A DNA stretch of 64,000 bases from Candidatus Obscuribacteraceae bacterium (GTDB lineage Bacteria > Cyanobacteriota > Vampirovibrionia > Obscuribacterales > Obscuribacteraceae): assembly GCA_044226015.1 (NCBI GenBank), contig JBGAHS010000011.1, forward strand, positions 96,001 through 160,000. The letters are read 5' to 3'. The notes below the pieces were generated by a model. That model was not told the DNA's origin, did no database searches, and worked only from the letters and a program-made list of their open reading frames with translations. Positions 50,026 to 60,757 of this stretch are shown one piece after another (positions within the stretch are counted from its first letter, which is position 1; every line of letters begins with the position of its first letter). Position numbers and translations under genes: made by a program.

Positions 50026-51330
50026 ATGGCTCGACTGGTACAGAAATTCGGCGGCAGCTCGGTCAAAGACAGCAAGCATATCCAAAATGTTGCTCAAATA
50101 GTCGCAAACACATACAAAGCAGGAAAAGAACTTGTCGTCGTAGTGTCGGCTATGGGAGAAGCCACGGACCAACTACTGGAGCTGGCAAGTCAGGTCAGCG
50201 ATGTGAGCGAAGCAAGAGAATTGGATGTTCTGCTCGCCACTGGAGAACAAGTATCTATTTCCATGCTAGCGCTCGCATTGCAGAGCATGGGTATGAAGGC
50301 TCGTTCATTCACAGGACCGCAAGCAGGAATAATTACGGACGACACGCATGGATTTGCGCGTATCAAAACTGTTCATCCTAGCAGAATCGAAGCCTCGCTC
50401 AGAGCCGGTGAAATTGCTGTAGTAGCAGGGTTTCAAGGTATGACCCGCTCAAGCGAATTAACTACTTTAGGAAGAGGCGGCTCAGACACTACAGCAGTTG
50501 CTCTAGCAGCAGCGCTGAAAGCTGAGTGCTGCGATATCTACACTGACGTTGATGGCGTCTACTCAACCGACCCGCGCACAGTTAAACAAGCAAAAAGGTT
50601 AAGCGCCATTTCTTACGACGAAATGCTCTCTCTCTCATCTCATGGTGCGCAGGTGTTGAATGCTCGCTCGGTCGAGTTAGCAATGAAAAACAAAGTAGCA
50701 ATTCGTTGTCGCTCAACATTTGCCCCCGATGACCTCGGCACCCTGGTCTGCAGCAGAGATCAAACTCCGAGTTACCAGGTTTGTGGTGTAGCTTGTGACA
50801 GCTCACGGGTGTCTTTCAAATTAGATCAAATATTCGTTTCATCTGATACCATATCCGGTGAAGAGATAGATAAGCACCATGCGAAAGTTAACGCTTTGAT
50901 TGAACAGCTAGAAGAAATTGGCGTTCCAAAAGAAAAGGTCCTCTGTCACAAGGGGGACGACTCGGTCACCAGAGAAATCGAGTTAAACTGTGAAAAACGC
51001 ATTGCAAAATCAGTGCAAAAAGCATTAGAAATCGAATTTCCTAAAGGCGAAGTGAGAGTTGACCGCAGTGTTGCGACGGTGTCGATTATCGGAACCGGTG
51101 TACACGCAGACAAGCGATTGCGCAGCGACTTTTTGAAAACCTTAGCTGATGCAGAAATTACTGTCAGTATGATGATGGCTGATGAACTAAGCTTGTCTGC
51201 AGTCATACCAGAAATGCTGAAAGATGAAGCTATCCGCAGAGTACACAAACGCTTTTGTGAGGATAGCAACACCGAGGAGACCTTTCAGGGACAAGCAGAC
51301 GTAAAAGTAAGCGCGGGGAACATGAAATGA
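50026..51330 (+). CDS. lysC: Aspartate kinase
   Basis: VQKFGGSSV, VVVVSAMG, VVAGFQG, TTLGRGGSDTTAVALA and DIYTDVDGVYSTDPR. The C-terminal ACT region is diverged. Confidence 0.93.
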   Translation: MARLVQKFGGSSVKDSKHIQNVAQIVANTYKAGKELVVVVSAMGEATDQLLELASQVSDVSEARELDVLLATGEQVSISMLALALQSMGMKARSFTGPQAGIITDDTHGFARIKTVHPSRIEASLRAGEIAVVAGFQGMTRSSELTTLGRGGSDTTAVALAAALKAECCDIYTDVDGVYSTDPRTVKQAKRLSAISYDEMLSLSSHGAQVLNARSVELAMKNKVAIRCRSTFAPDDLGTLVCSRDQTPSYQVCGVACDSSRVSFKLDQIFVSSDTISGEEIDKHHAKVNALIEQLEEIGVPKEKVLCHKGDDSVTREIELNCEKRIAKSVQKALEIEFPKGEVRVDRSVATVSIIGTGVHADKRLRSDFLKTLADAEITVSMMMADELSLSAVIPEMLKDEAIRRVHKRFCEDSNTEETFQGQADVKVSAGNMK

Positions 51331-51731
51331 CCTCTTCACCATTTGGAAATATTTTCGATAAGCTCAAGTCGTCCACAAAGCAAGCAGCTGACCAGATGAA
51401 GTTGGCAGGACGTATTGCTGGTCTTAAAGTTGAGCGAAGCACACAAAAAGCTGAGCGCGAACGCCTCTTAAAGGAAATCGGCAGTAAGACATTTTCTGTG
51501 TTCAGCAAAAATCGTACTCTCGACAAGACTGCATTAGAAGAAGAGCTGACCAACGAACTGCATCACATTGAGAGAATAGACAAGCGGCTTTTAGAAATTG
51601 AAGACGAAATTGCAGAGCTGCAACAAGAACTTGTTAAGACAGGTGCCAAGGTAGAAATCGTTGAAGCCGACGAAGTTGAAGAAGACTCCGAAAGCGACGA
51701 AGATGATACAAAAGCAAAAAAAAAGAAGTAG
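51327..51731 (+). CDS. Coiled-coil hypothetical protein with an acidic tail
   Basis: 134 aa; ATGA overlap with the lysC stop. Confidence 0.75.
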   Translation: MTSSPFGNIFDKLKSSTKQAADQMKLAGRIAGLKVERSTQKAERERLLKEIGSKTFSVFSKNRTLDKTALEEELTNELHHIERIDKRLLEIEDEIAELQQELVKTGAKVEIVEADEVEEDSESDEDDTKAKKKK

Positions 51732-51750
51732 AACATCAGAGGAGATGAAG

Positions 51751-52410
51751 ATGAAAAACTCAGCAGTAAAATGGATTATCCTGTCCATAACGCTGGCAAT
51801 TGCCTGCCCTCTCGCTCTGGCTGATGTGACATCGCCACAAATCAAAGATAAAGGCAAGAAATACACCACTGAAAAGGCAGACAGCGGTTGGTACGGCACG
51901 AGCTCGTCAGCAAGACTTGTCGAAGCTTCTGAACTACGAATTCACGTTGAGAATATGCTCGCAAACGGTGAATGGGAAAAAGCAATTCCAAAAGCAAAGA
52001 AAGCGGTACAACTGGACCCAGGCGATCCCCAAGGGCATATTTACCTCGCGCGCGCTCTGACTATGAAGTTCTACCAGACAAAGGGTGAGCCAGACGAGAA
52101 GCTCTTGCAGGAATGTATGCTGGAATGGGACTTGATTCGTCGTCACGACGCTGACCCATCAGAACAGTGGGAAGCCGGCACCGAAGTAAAAAAACTGGTA
52201 AAGATTGCAAAAGCAATTGAGAAAGATAAGATACGCCGTGAAAAAGAAAAGCTTGAACGCGGTGATTCTCAGGTTGCCGATTCCGGTGCCACCGGAGCCA
52301 CTGTGAAACTGAAAACAGCAAGCTCATCAGGCGCACAAGTGACAGAAGACGATAACAAAGACTCCAAGAAAGGTGCTCAGAAAAAATCTCGCTGGAGAAT
52401 GATGTTCTAA
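51751..52410 (+). CDS. Exported TPR-containing protein
   Basis: GAGGAG RBS, signal peptide MKNSAVKWIILSITLAIACPLALA and TPR GEWEKAIPKAKKAVQLDPGD. Confidence 0.78.
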   Translation: MKNSAVKWIILSITLAIACPLALADVTSPQIKDKGKKYTTEKADSGWYGTSSSARLVEASELRIHVENMLANGEWEKAIPKAKKAVQLDPGDPQGHIYLARALTMKFYQTKGEPDEKLLQECMLEWDLIRRHDADPSEQWEAGTEVKKLVKIAKAIEKDKIRREKEKLERGDSQVADSGATGATVKLKTASSSGAQVTEDDNKDSKKGAQKKSRWRMMF

Positions 52411-52475
52411 GACAATTCAAGAGTTTATCTGATTTGGACTTGAGTCAGAAAACAAGAATTAGAATTAGGATCTAG

Positions 52476-52505
52476 GAAAGCACCGCATGCGGTGCTTTCT
52501 CTTTT
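52476..52505. terminator. Probable bidirectional terminator between convergent genes
   Basis: Perfect 24-bp palindrome GAAAGCACCGCATGCGGTGCTTTC followed by TCTTTT. Confidence 0.8.
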
Positions 52506-52516
52506 GCTGAATTGCA

Positions 52517-55500
52517 TTATGGCTTAGAGCCGGCTCGCTCGTAAGCGCCTTTTGAAGCTCCCATGATAGCGCTCACTACGGCAGTCTTCATCATTCTCTT
52601 ATATGCATTCTGCTCTCTACTATTTTTTGAATTGCGTAACGATGCAATTGATTTGATTTCTGTCATTGCAGATGAAATTGAAAATTCAGAGGAAAACTCC
52701 TTGTTCTTGCCAAATACTTTGGACTGAACTCTTCTGTGACCAATCATATGCAGAGAATTGGCATTGCCCAGTGAGTCCGTTGAATCAGAGGTAATCGTCA
52801 CATGGCTACCTGGCGCAAGATTCAGAGTTCGCCCTTCAAATTTAAAGGAAACATCGCTGGCATGTTCATCATGCAAGTCATAGACAGAGACAGCCTTGTC
52901 ACTTGCTACTACAAGAACGATGCTGCCCTTGCTCAAGGACAAAGAACCAAATCGCGTTTTCACGTCGATATTCCTGTCCGGTGAAAACAAAGCGCATCCT
53001 GCCTCAAGAAAATAAGCACCATCATTGCTGGTTCTCAACAAACTCTGTTGATTCGCATTATCTGCATTATTGCTCAGTCCAGCAATGGTACCCACGAAGA
53101 TGAATGGCTGCTGAGCGATATTTGCATTTTCACCATTTTCAACGTTCTCAGCGCTGTCACCACTCAGTATGTTCATGATGGGACCACTCAAAGAAAGATT
53201 TCCATCAACAGTTATCACTCCGTTGGACATGGGTGGAGCTGATCGGATGGCTCCAGGATCTAACAAAAGCGCAGCCAGGGTGGCATTTGCATTGGCAGAC
53301 TGCGACACTCCACTCTCAAGTAGGCTAGTAGAGCTGCCCGAGTTTGAGGAACCAAGAAAAACTTTGCTGACGAAAACAGACCCAGTGGTGTTTGATGTAA
53401 CAGTTGTATTTGTGGTGGTACGAAGTGGATCAGCGGATGTGCCGATGTCACCGCTAGCGCTGTTAAGATTTAGCGTATTTGCAACAAGTAAACCCGTACC
53501 TGAAATGGTACCGCTGCCGTTTGCATTTAAGTTAATAGTACCAAATCCGGTGTGTACTAAATTCTTAACGACTACACTTCCATTGTTACCCGTAGTCAGA
53601 TTAACCACTCCATTTGGGACGCGAATTAGTGCATTGGAAACGATATCTCCACTCGTGGTCTGGAAGTTCAAAGAACCCGCCTGAACTCGTCCATTCAAAT
53701 TAAGAGTTGCATTTCCCGTAACTGATAGAGTTCCACGTGTCGACAAGACACCATTCTGCCCCATTGATAGAGCAGGAAGGGTATTCGTTTGAATATTGAT
53801 ACTGTTAACCAGGTTAGCAGTGCCCACGAAGTTCAGGGATCCGTCTACAAGAACTGTATTCGTAAAACTGATTGGTGAGACTTCGACATTTACAGGTGAA
53901 ACAAAGTTTCGCAAAGTAAGAACCACATTTTGAGGAACACTTAGCCCGACTAAATCAGGAAAAATGTCAGTCTGTAGCACTACAATATTTCCGCCTATTG
54001 CCTGCCCAGCGGCATTCAATCTAATGTGTCCACCAAGTAGTCCCATGTTTTGCAGTGTTTTTACTTCAGCAGCAACCTGGGGATCTTTCAAGTCCAGACT
54101 GCTGAGTTGAGGAACAACATTTGCAATAACAATGCTTTTGCCGCCGATCGATACATTGCTAGCTTGAGCATCTACTATGACCTTGGAATTAACACCACCT
54201 GCTCTGATCAAATTGGATGGGGGACTCGCCACCAGTCCATTGGCTCCGAGAAAAACCTGTCCTCCGCCGTTAGCGTCTACAACGACATTAGCCACCGGCA
54301 AAGTCGGATTGGACAGAGCTGCAGCGCCAGGTCCCACTGAAATCTCCACTATGGCACCGGAAGGATTGGTCGCGATCAAGTAATCGTGTTTTCCAATAGA
54401 AATTGTGCCTACAGGACTAAGATTTTTCAGAATTAAATTCCCATCGTGAGCGAGAACGTGCACATTGTCTTTTATAACAAGAGCACCACTTGAGGTCGAA
54501 ATGGACAGGTTCCCTTTGCTGGTTAAAACATCTTGCACTGTAATATTGCTGTTCGTCGTCAAATCCAGAGATTTTGATCGACTATTCAAATTACTAATGA
54601 CACCCAGATTGTTGACACCCACGCCACCACTGCTGTGTATCTCAATAGGACCTGACACACTGGTTTCAAGTTTGCCCGAGCTGGATTTTATCCCACCATC
54701 TCCGCTAATCAGAACAAGATTGGAAGCACTAAGCGTACCGCTGGATTGAAACACAGAGCCATCTGAAGTTCTGCCGATCCCCGGAGAAGTATTGCTGCCC
54801 TGCAATAAGGCACTGTTGGCAGTGATGCTGCCATTCACCAGTAATGAACCACCGCCAATTGCAGCTAAACCTGCTCGTTCCGAAACGGCGACTGAGCCAT
54901 TCAGAGTCAAATCGCCACGCTCCATGATGACAAAATTTCGACCGACAAAACCATTATTCAGTGTCAGCTTACTGCTGACATTGTCATTGTAAATAAAGAC
55001 ATCGCGACCTGACGATGGCAGATTCAAGACAGAAGCAGTATTAACCAGAGGTTTTAGCGGTGCACCGATATCAGTCACAGCCTGCAAGTTCAAGGTACTT
55101 GCATTGACCATCGAATTTGTTGAGAGAATGCTCGAACCCGAACGAATATCTACAACACCTGAGGCTGAGACATTTCTGTTCAGGAAAACTCCAGAACTGC
55201 CTCCGCTAGCATCGAGGAGAATACCCTGGTCCGCTTGCAAGACACCACTTACTGCAATACCAGGCGCAACAAGATTGAAGTTTCGTCCTCTAGACGGCAA
55301 GCCTCCTGCACCACCGAGAGTAACTGCGTTTGTACTTGTTATTTGAACATCACCTGCAGAACGAGCGAGAACTTCGGATGCAGATGTGCTTCCAACTTGT
55401 ATTCCACCAGTCGAAGATAGCGCTCCAAGAAAAGTGGTAGTGACACTATTGGCGGTGACGCCAGCGCCTCTGCCTTGAGCAACAAGAATAACTGTATCTG

Positions 55501-58500
55501 GTGCAGAAAGATTGCCGACGTTTATGCTTCCATTGCGCGACTCTAACATTATTCTCTGGCTAGACAAATTGCTCAGCCCAATTGCGTCATTGATAGCAGC
55601 ATTCGTTGTGACCGTTATAATGCCCTTTGGACCTGGGGCATCAACACTGTTTTGAATCGAAAGAGTGTTCGACTCAATATTGATAGCACCGGCCTTGATG
55701 GTGCCTGAGACATTCAGATTTGCGGTGGAATCAAAAATGAAGATGCCAGCTTGTGAACTCAGGAGATTCAGATTATTTGACTTGCTATCAATATAAGTAC
55801 CTGCGAAGCTGTTAAAGGTCAGAAACTCGCTGTTTACGGACATTGCTCCCTTTACAGATCCAATATTGCCTCTCGCCGAATTCATACTTATGAAATCAGC
55901 TGTAAGACCAGATTTATTGGACACTATATCTTCGCTTGCGTTTATGTAAATGGATCCAAAACTGGCTTGACCGCGAGCACTTGTTACAGCGCCGGTGTAG
56001 ATCGAACCAAAAGGTTGCTGATTAGCTACTGATGAAGAGTGAGCGGACAAGCTGACTAGATGATTGTTAGCGGAACCTATCTTTACATTAGGAAGATAGA
56101 TGTCACCGCCTGTGCTGCTGGGTCCACCAAGAACTAGCCATTGCTGTTGTCCCGGACTTGTACCGTAGGTTCTAGAAGCAGCAAGGGTACCTGCTGCCAT
56201 AATGATAGAGCCGCTAGGTCTGGAACCGCTCCCCGCCGTGACTATTGAGCCTCCACTGGCGCCAGGAGCAATGATGTTGCCTGAAGCGAGTACTACAAGG
56301 TCACCGGTCGCTTTTTGCCCTCCAGACATATAGTTTGTCAAACTAACATCACCGCTGCCATTTTGTATGAGAGTTGTAGGTGATGTCTCAAGAACGACAC
56401 CATTGCCATTAGCAATATTCAAACCAAAGCTAGTAAACCATGAGAGGTTTCCGAATAGCATGGGCTTTACCAAGAAGTCGACATTGCTAGGTCTTGTTAG
56501 AAAAGTGATGGACCCACCAGTCACAACCGGCGCCTTCCCACCCCCAGAAGGGAGAATGGCAGATACGCCTTGTATGGTGATATTGCTTGCTTGCAAGCTA
56601 ATGACACCACCCCGCCCGATTTCAGCAACTGGGTCAGAAGTAACACAAGGAGTACAAAGGTTGAATAACGGAATAAATGTTCGGGTCTTTACGATAGAAA
56701 TTTGAGTGCCACCAGCTGCCGATACGGTACCTCTCACATCAATGTTGCCGCCAGCGCGAAACTCAATTTGTCCGCCCACTGATGCAGGACCCGAGGTGTG
56801 AGTTGGGGTTTGGGTTAGTCCAACATTTAAGCCACCGATGCTTCTTTGCGAGGCACCTGCAGTACCCATAGAGACAGGTGCCACGATGCCATGCCCAAAT
56901 CCAGTTATAGGTGCGATAACGCTGTTGCCGCCACTTATATTAGCTAAACCAAGTGACAGATCTACGCTGTTACCCGTGCCCTGAGTGGTGCGCGTCACAA
57001 CGCCATCGAAATTTACACCTGGAATACCTACAAATGTTGCCAATCCAGGAGCAACATCGATAATGTCGTGCCTGGCAAACTCACCATGAGAACTAACAGA
57101 AATATACAAGGGGTTAGATAGACTTTCTGAAATGCCCAGTTGAAGATTGAAGGTGCTTTCACCCTGAAGATTCGCATGATTCAAGAAAAGCACCTGACCT
57201 GGTCCCAAATTCAGAGCCAGATTTGTAATATCGTAGGTTTGCAAGCCACCGATAGTGAAGTTGTCGATAGTGACCGCACCAAGAAGCCCCAGTGTTGGTC
57301 CGATTATAGAGGCAAGAAAACTCCCATCATCCGTAAGCGATGCTCCAAGAGTCAAACCCAAATAAATTCGCGTAGCACCATAGGAGCCATCGCGTCCGTT
57401 TAATCCGGCATAACCGGGATTACCACCGTTGCCACCTGAAGCATTTGCATTCCCGTTTACGTTGATGTCACCTTTTGGCGCAAGAAACGATATGGTGCCA
57501 CCATTACCGCCGACACCTCCGATACCTCCACCTCCGCCAACGCCGCCTTGCCCGCCTGGAGAACCAACAAAGCCTATGTTTATGGAAACGCCTGCGTTAA
57601 GTGCAAATCCGCCACGTGGAAGGTTTTGCCCGTTTGCTGAACCCTGCAAGAAAATGCCCGCACCACTGGTTGCGCCATTACCACCATTTCCACCGGCGCC
57701 ACCATTCCCGCCATTGCCACCATTGCCTCCAGCGGCAATGACGCCTGTGGGGGCCGATTGAATGGTTGGAGCCGGCAACGACACTGTTTGAAAGCCATCG
57801 TTAAAGGATGTCGAATAAACATGAGTTAGCGGAGTGACAGACAGAGTGTTCGCACCTATTCCAAGAACGATGAGTTGCTCAGAGCGCTCGGCGCTGCTTA
57901 AAGTAATACGTTGTCCTATGAAATAGCCTGTCGTTGACGAAACTTGCAACACGCTGGCCCCAGGCAAGAAGAAAACATTTTTGCCTGATTGAATGTCAAG
58001 GAAGGCGCCGTTATTCACAGACTGAACACCAGAAATGGGTCCTTCTGTCGGGCTGATGGAGATATTATTATTGTTGGACTTGATGACTATCGTGCCACCA
58101 TCTCCACCCGAACCGCCACCACCACCTGCATTGGCCGAGCCACCATTGCCCCCAGAACCAGCGGAACCACCGACAGCCGCCGAACCGCCTCTGCCACCAT
58201 TCGTACCATCACCGCCTGCTCCACCATCGCCACCATTGCCGCCATCTCCTCCAATGGTATGAACATTACCGGCGATGGACACTAACTGAGAGGTGTTTAT
58301 CTGAATGTAGCCGCCTTCTCCGCCTGCACCACCACCGCCACCACTTCCTGCGCCTCCACCATCGCCTCCAGAACCGCCATTCCGTCCGACAAAAGCAACC
58401 GTTCCGTTTCTACCGGCGGCCCCGGCATTGTTTCCAGCACCGCCATCACCTCCGATTCCGCCGTCTCCTCCATTGGCAAATATGGACGAACTATCCAAGA

Positions 58501-60757
58501 ATTGCCCATTCGAAACAGTTATATTGAGAGTTCCAGCGTCACCGCCGTCGCCACCCCCGTGTCCACTTTCGCCAGCACCGCCATTTCCAGCATTTCCGGC
58601 ACCGCCCGCAAGCAAGTTTCCACCTCCATCAAGTCCGCGACCGCCTTTGCCTCCAGAGCCTCCAGCACCACCCGCGGCACCAAAACCTCCACTAACGTCG
58701 ATGCGTCCTGAAACACTTATATCAGAACTCGTCGTCAGTTGAACAAGTCCAGAGTTTCCACCATAACCGCCAGTACCAGCTTGCCCACCCCGTCCACCAT
58801 AATTACCATCGCCACCAGTTCCAGATCTACCAACAGCACCTACTGAGCCGCGATTTCCGCCATCAGCCCCATCGCCGCCGTCACCACCAGAACCTCCAAG
58901 TCCACCAAGCCCACCAGAAGCCGATAGGCTCTGAAGATTTAGCTGACCAGCAATTATGCTGACCTGAGAACTGTTGCCACCATGACCACCATCTCCGCCA
59001 TGACCACCGGCGCCACCATATCCGCCATTACCGCCTCTGCCACCGGTTCCAAATGTGGCGACATTCCCACCACGTCCACCAGCCTGACCGCTACCGCCAT
59101 CACCACCTGTGCCTCCTTGCCCTCCTCGACCTCCATTTGCCACGATACTTCCGACATTCACCAGCCCTGCCGTAGTGAGGAATATTGGACCTGCGTTTGC
59201 ACCATTGCCTCCAGAACCGGCATCAGTACCTCTGCCACCGTTGAGTCCATCTACGCCACGTCCACCGGTGCCAGAAGTTCTGTTAGTACCGGCTGCAGCG
59301 GAAGTACCTGTATAATCTGCTCCAAGAACACCTAAACTCCCAGCTCCTCCAGCACCACCCGAGGTGACTATGCTAGAAACTGTGATGGCACCAGTAGCGC
59401 CCATTACGACCGTGCCACCAGCTCTGCCATTGCCCCCCGGAAAACCATCGAAGCCAGTTGTTTCAACAGTGCCTACAGTGATATTTCCTTTGCCTGCCAC
59501 ATTGTTTGTATTCTGAGCCTGCAGATTTACGATGCCACCGAAATTCCTTAATGTGAGTTGAGGCATGTTGATGTTGCCACCAGATGCGCTTCGACCCGAA
59601 ATGTTGCCATTTGAATCAAATGTTACCCCGGCTCCGATTCGTATAACACTTTGCCTTAGAGTGTTCGAAGCATCAATCGTACCTGAGCCTGTTATGGTGA
59701 CGTCGCCAGATGCCAGAGCAATAAAGTTTTGACCCGAAGTAAAAAAGTAAGAGTTTAGCGAGCCGCCAAGATCGTTGTCATTCCCTGGTATTGTTAGTAC
59801 TAAGGATCCGTTACCGTTTAGAAAAACAGGATCATTAGTAAGAACGGCCGAGCCAATATCAAGCACTCCACCTTTCACTTTGACAGAAGTTGATGCCGAG
59901 TCGATACTGACTGATCCATTCAAGGTGCCAGCATCAACATTCACAGCATTGCTTGGACTTAAAAAGCTAATGTTCTTTGCTGTGATGTCGCCACCACTCA
60001 GCTTGATACCATCGCGGATTTTAGAGCCAGTCGACTGCAGCAATTCATTTACTATTGAAACATTCTGACTCGCGTTAATCTGTCCCAGAGTATTCTGAAT
60101 CAACAGTGCATTGTTCGAAATTGAATGTATATCGATGGAACCATTGAGACTTTGAAGAACACCACTACGATTATTCAATAGGGCTGTGGCTGCATTCAAA
60201 TTACCTATTTGTGTGGAGATTACCCCACTGTTTACTATTGAAGTAATTGCACTCAAGTTAACATTTTGAGCCGCCGAAAGCACCCCGGATGAAGTATTGG
60301 TTATGGTATTACCAGCAGTGACAGACAGATTTGCAGCAGAACTTATCTGTCCGTAATTCGTGAAGTTTCGCGTTGCTGCAAATGACAGAGATAGAGTATT
60401 TGCAAGGAATATTGGATCAATGTTGAGCCCAGTAAAACCGCCGGCAGGCATAACGGAAGTAATAAGTGCACGCGAATAGTTCGTTATGTTGAGAGCTGAA
60501 AATTTCGCTACATTGACACTGGGATCGCTTGAATAGGCAAATATTGTTCCAGCATTAGCCAGATTGCCCTTCAAGGCAAAACCCTTTGAACCAAGTTGAC
60601 CGAAGTCAATTGCCACAACCTGATTTTTCGAGACGCTAAGCGCTCCCGATGATGGAACCTTTGTTATCGTTTCTGCTGCAAAAGACCTGTTGCTAGCAGA
60701 AGCGATCAAAGAACAAGACACGAATAAGGGCCAAAAGGTCTTTCGCGGTCGAGCCAT
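52517..60757 (-). CDS. Giant (2746 aa) exported beta-helix-like protein with a PGRS-like glycine-rich region (giant 2)
   Basis: GGGAG RBS, Sec signal MARPRKTFWPLFVSCSLIASASNRSFA, N- and C-terminal domains homologous to giant 1, and GGxGG tracts. Confidence 0.88.
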   Translation of the reverse strand: MARPRKTFWPLFVSCSLIASASNRSFAAETITKVPSSGALSVSKNQVVAIDFGQLGSKGFALKGNLANAGTIFAYSSDPSVNVAKFSALNITNYSRALITSVMPAGGFTGLNIDPIFLANTLSLSFAATRNFTNYGQISSAANLSVTAGNTITNTSSGVLSAAQNVNLSAITSIVNSGVISTQIGNLNAATALLNNRSGVLQSLNGSIDIHSISNNALLIQNTLGQINASQNVSIVNELLQSTGSKIRDGIKLSGGDITAKNISFLSPSNAVNVDAGTLNGSVSIDSASTSVKVKGGVLDIGSAVLTNDPVFLNGNGSLVLTIPGNDNDLGGSLNSYFFTSGQNFIALASGDVTITGSGTIDASNTLRQSVIRIGAGVTFDSNGNISGRSASGGNINMPQLTLRNFGGIVNLQAQNTNNVAGKGNITVGTVETTGFDGFPGGNGRAGGTVVMGATGAITVSSIVTSGGAGGAGSLGVLGADYTGTSAAAGTNRTSGTGGRGVDGLNGGRGTDAGSGGNGANAGPIFLTTAGLVNVGSIVANGGRGGQGGTGGDGGSGQAGGRGGNVATFGTGGRGGNGGYGGAGGHGGDGGHGGNSSQVSIIAGQLNLQSLSASGGLGGLGGSGGDGGDGADGGNRGSVGAVGRSGTGGDGNYGGRGGQAGTGGYGGNSGLVQLTTSSDISVSGRIDVSGGFGAAGGAGGSGGKGGRGLDGGGNLLAGGAGNAGNGGAGESGHGGGDGGDAGTLNITVSNGQFLDSSSIFANGGDGGIGGDGGAGNNAGAAGRNGTVAFVGRNGGSGGDGGGAGSGGGGGAGGEGGYIQINTSQLVSIAGNVHTIGGDGGNGGDGGAGGDGTNGGRGGSAAVGGSAGSGGNGGSANAGGGGGSGGDGGTIVIKSNNNNISISPTEGPISGVQSVNNGAFLDIQSGKNVFFLPGASVLQVSSTTGYFIGQRITLSSAERSEQLIVLGIGANTLSVTPLTHVYSTSFNDGFQTVSLPAPTIQSAPTGVIAAGGNGGNGGNGGAGGNGGNGATSGAGIFLQGSANGQNLPRGGFALNAGVSINIGFVGSPGGQGGVGGGGGIGGVGGNGGTISFLAPKGDINVNGNANASGGNGGNPGYAGLNGRDGSYGATRIYLGLTLGASLTDDGSFLASIIGPTLGLLGAVTIDNFTIGGLQTYDITNLALNLGPGQVLFLNHANLQGESTFNLQLGISESLSNPLYISVSSHGEFARHDIIDVAPGLATFVGIPGVNFDGVVTRTTQGTGNSVDLSLGLANISGGNSVIAPITGFGHGIVAPVSMGTAGASQRSIGGLNVGLTQTPTHTSGPASVGGQIEFRAGGNIDVRGTVSAAGGTQISIVKTRTFIPLFNLCTPCVTSDPVAEIGRGGVISLQASNITIQGVSAILPSGGGKAPVVTGGSITFLTRPSNVDFLVKPMLFGNLSWFTSFGLNIANGNGVVLETSPTTLIQNGSGDVSLTNYMSGGQKATGDLVVLASGNIIAPGASGGSIVTAGSGSRPSGSIIMAAGTLAASRTYGTSPGQQQWLVLGGPSSTGGDIYLPNVKIGSANNHLVSLSAHSSSVANQQPFGSIYTGAVTSARGQASFGSIYINASEDIVSNKSGLTADFISMNSARGNIGSVKGAMSVNSEFLTFNSFAGTYIDSKSNNLNLLSSQAGIFIFDSTANLNVSGTIKAGAINIESNTLSIQNSVDAPGPKGIITVTTNAAINDAIGLSNLSSQRIMLESRNGSINVGNLSAPDTVILVAQGRGAGVTANSVTTTFLGALSSTGGIQVGSTSASEVLARSAGDVQITSTNAVTLGGAGGLPSRGRNFNLVAPGIAVSGVLQADQGILLDASGGSSGVFLNRNVSASGVVDIRSGSSILSTNSMVNASTLNLQAVTDIGAPLKPLVNTASVLNLPSSGRDVFIYNDNVSSKLTLNNGFVGRNFVIMERGDLTLNGSVAVSERAGLAAIGGGSLLVNGSITANSALLQGSNTSPGIGRTSDGSVFQSSGTLSASNLVLISGDGGIKSSSGKLETSVSGPIEIHSSGGVGVNNLGVISNLNSRSKSLDLTTNSNITVQDVLTSKGNLSISTSSGALVIKDNVHVLAHDGNLILKNLSPVGTISIGKHDYLIATNPSGAIVEISVGPGAAALSNPTLPVANVVVDANGGGQVFLGANGLVASPPSNLIRAGGVNSKVIVDAQASNVSIGGKSIVIANVVPQLSSLDLKDPQVAAEVKTLQNMGLLGGHIRLNAAGQAIGGNIVVLQTDIFPDLVGLSVPQNVVLTLRNFVSPVNVEVSPISFTNTVLVDGSLNFVGTANLVNSINIQTNTLPALSMGQNGVLSTRGTLSVTGNATLNLNGRVQAGSLNFQTTSGDIVSNALIRVPNGVVNLTTGNNGSVVVKNLVHTGFGTINLNANGSGTISGTGLLVANTLNLNSASGDIGTSADPLRTTTNTTVTSNTTGSVFVSKVFLGSSNSGSSTSLLESGVSQSANANATLAALLLDPGAIRSAPPMSNGVITVDGNLSLSGPIMNILSGDSAENVENGENANIAQQPFIFVGTIAGLSNNADNANQQSLLRTSNDGAYFLEAGCALFSPDRNIDVKTRFGSLSLSKGSIVLVVASDKAVSVYDLHDEHASDVSFKFEGRTLNLAPGSHVTITSDSTDSLGNANSLHMIGHRRVQSKVFGKNKEFSSEFSISSAMTEIKSIASLRNSKNSREQNAYKRMMKTAVVSAIMGASKGAYERAGSKP

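Noticed and set aside
49866..50381. 171-aa ORF overlapping lysC
   Set aside because: It spans a terminator and overlaps aspartate kinase out of frame.
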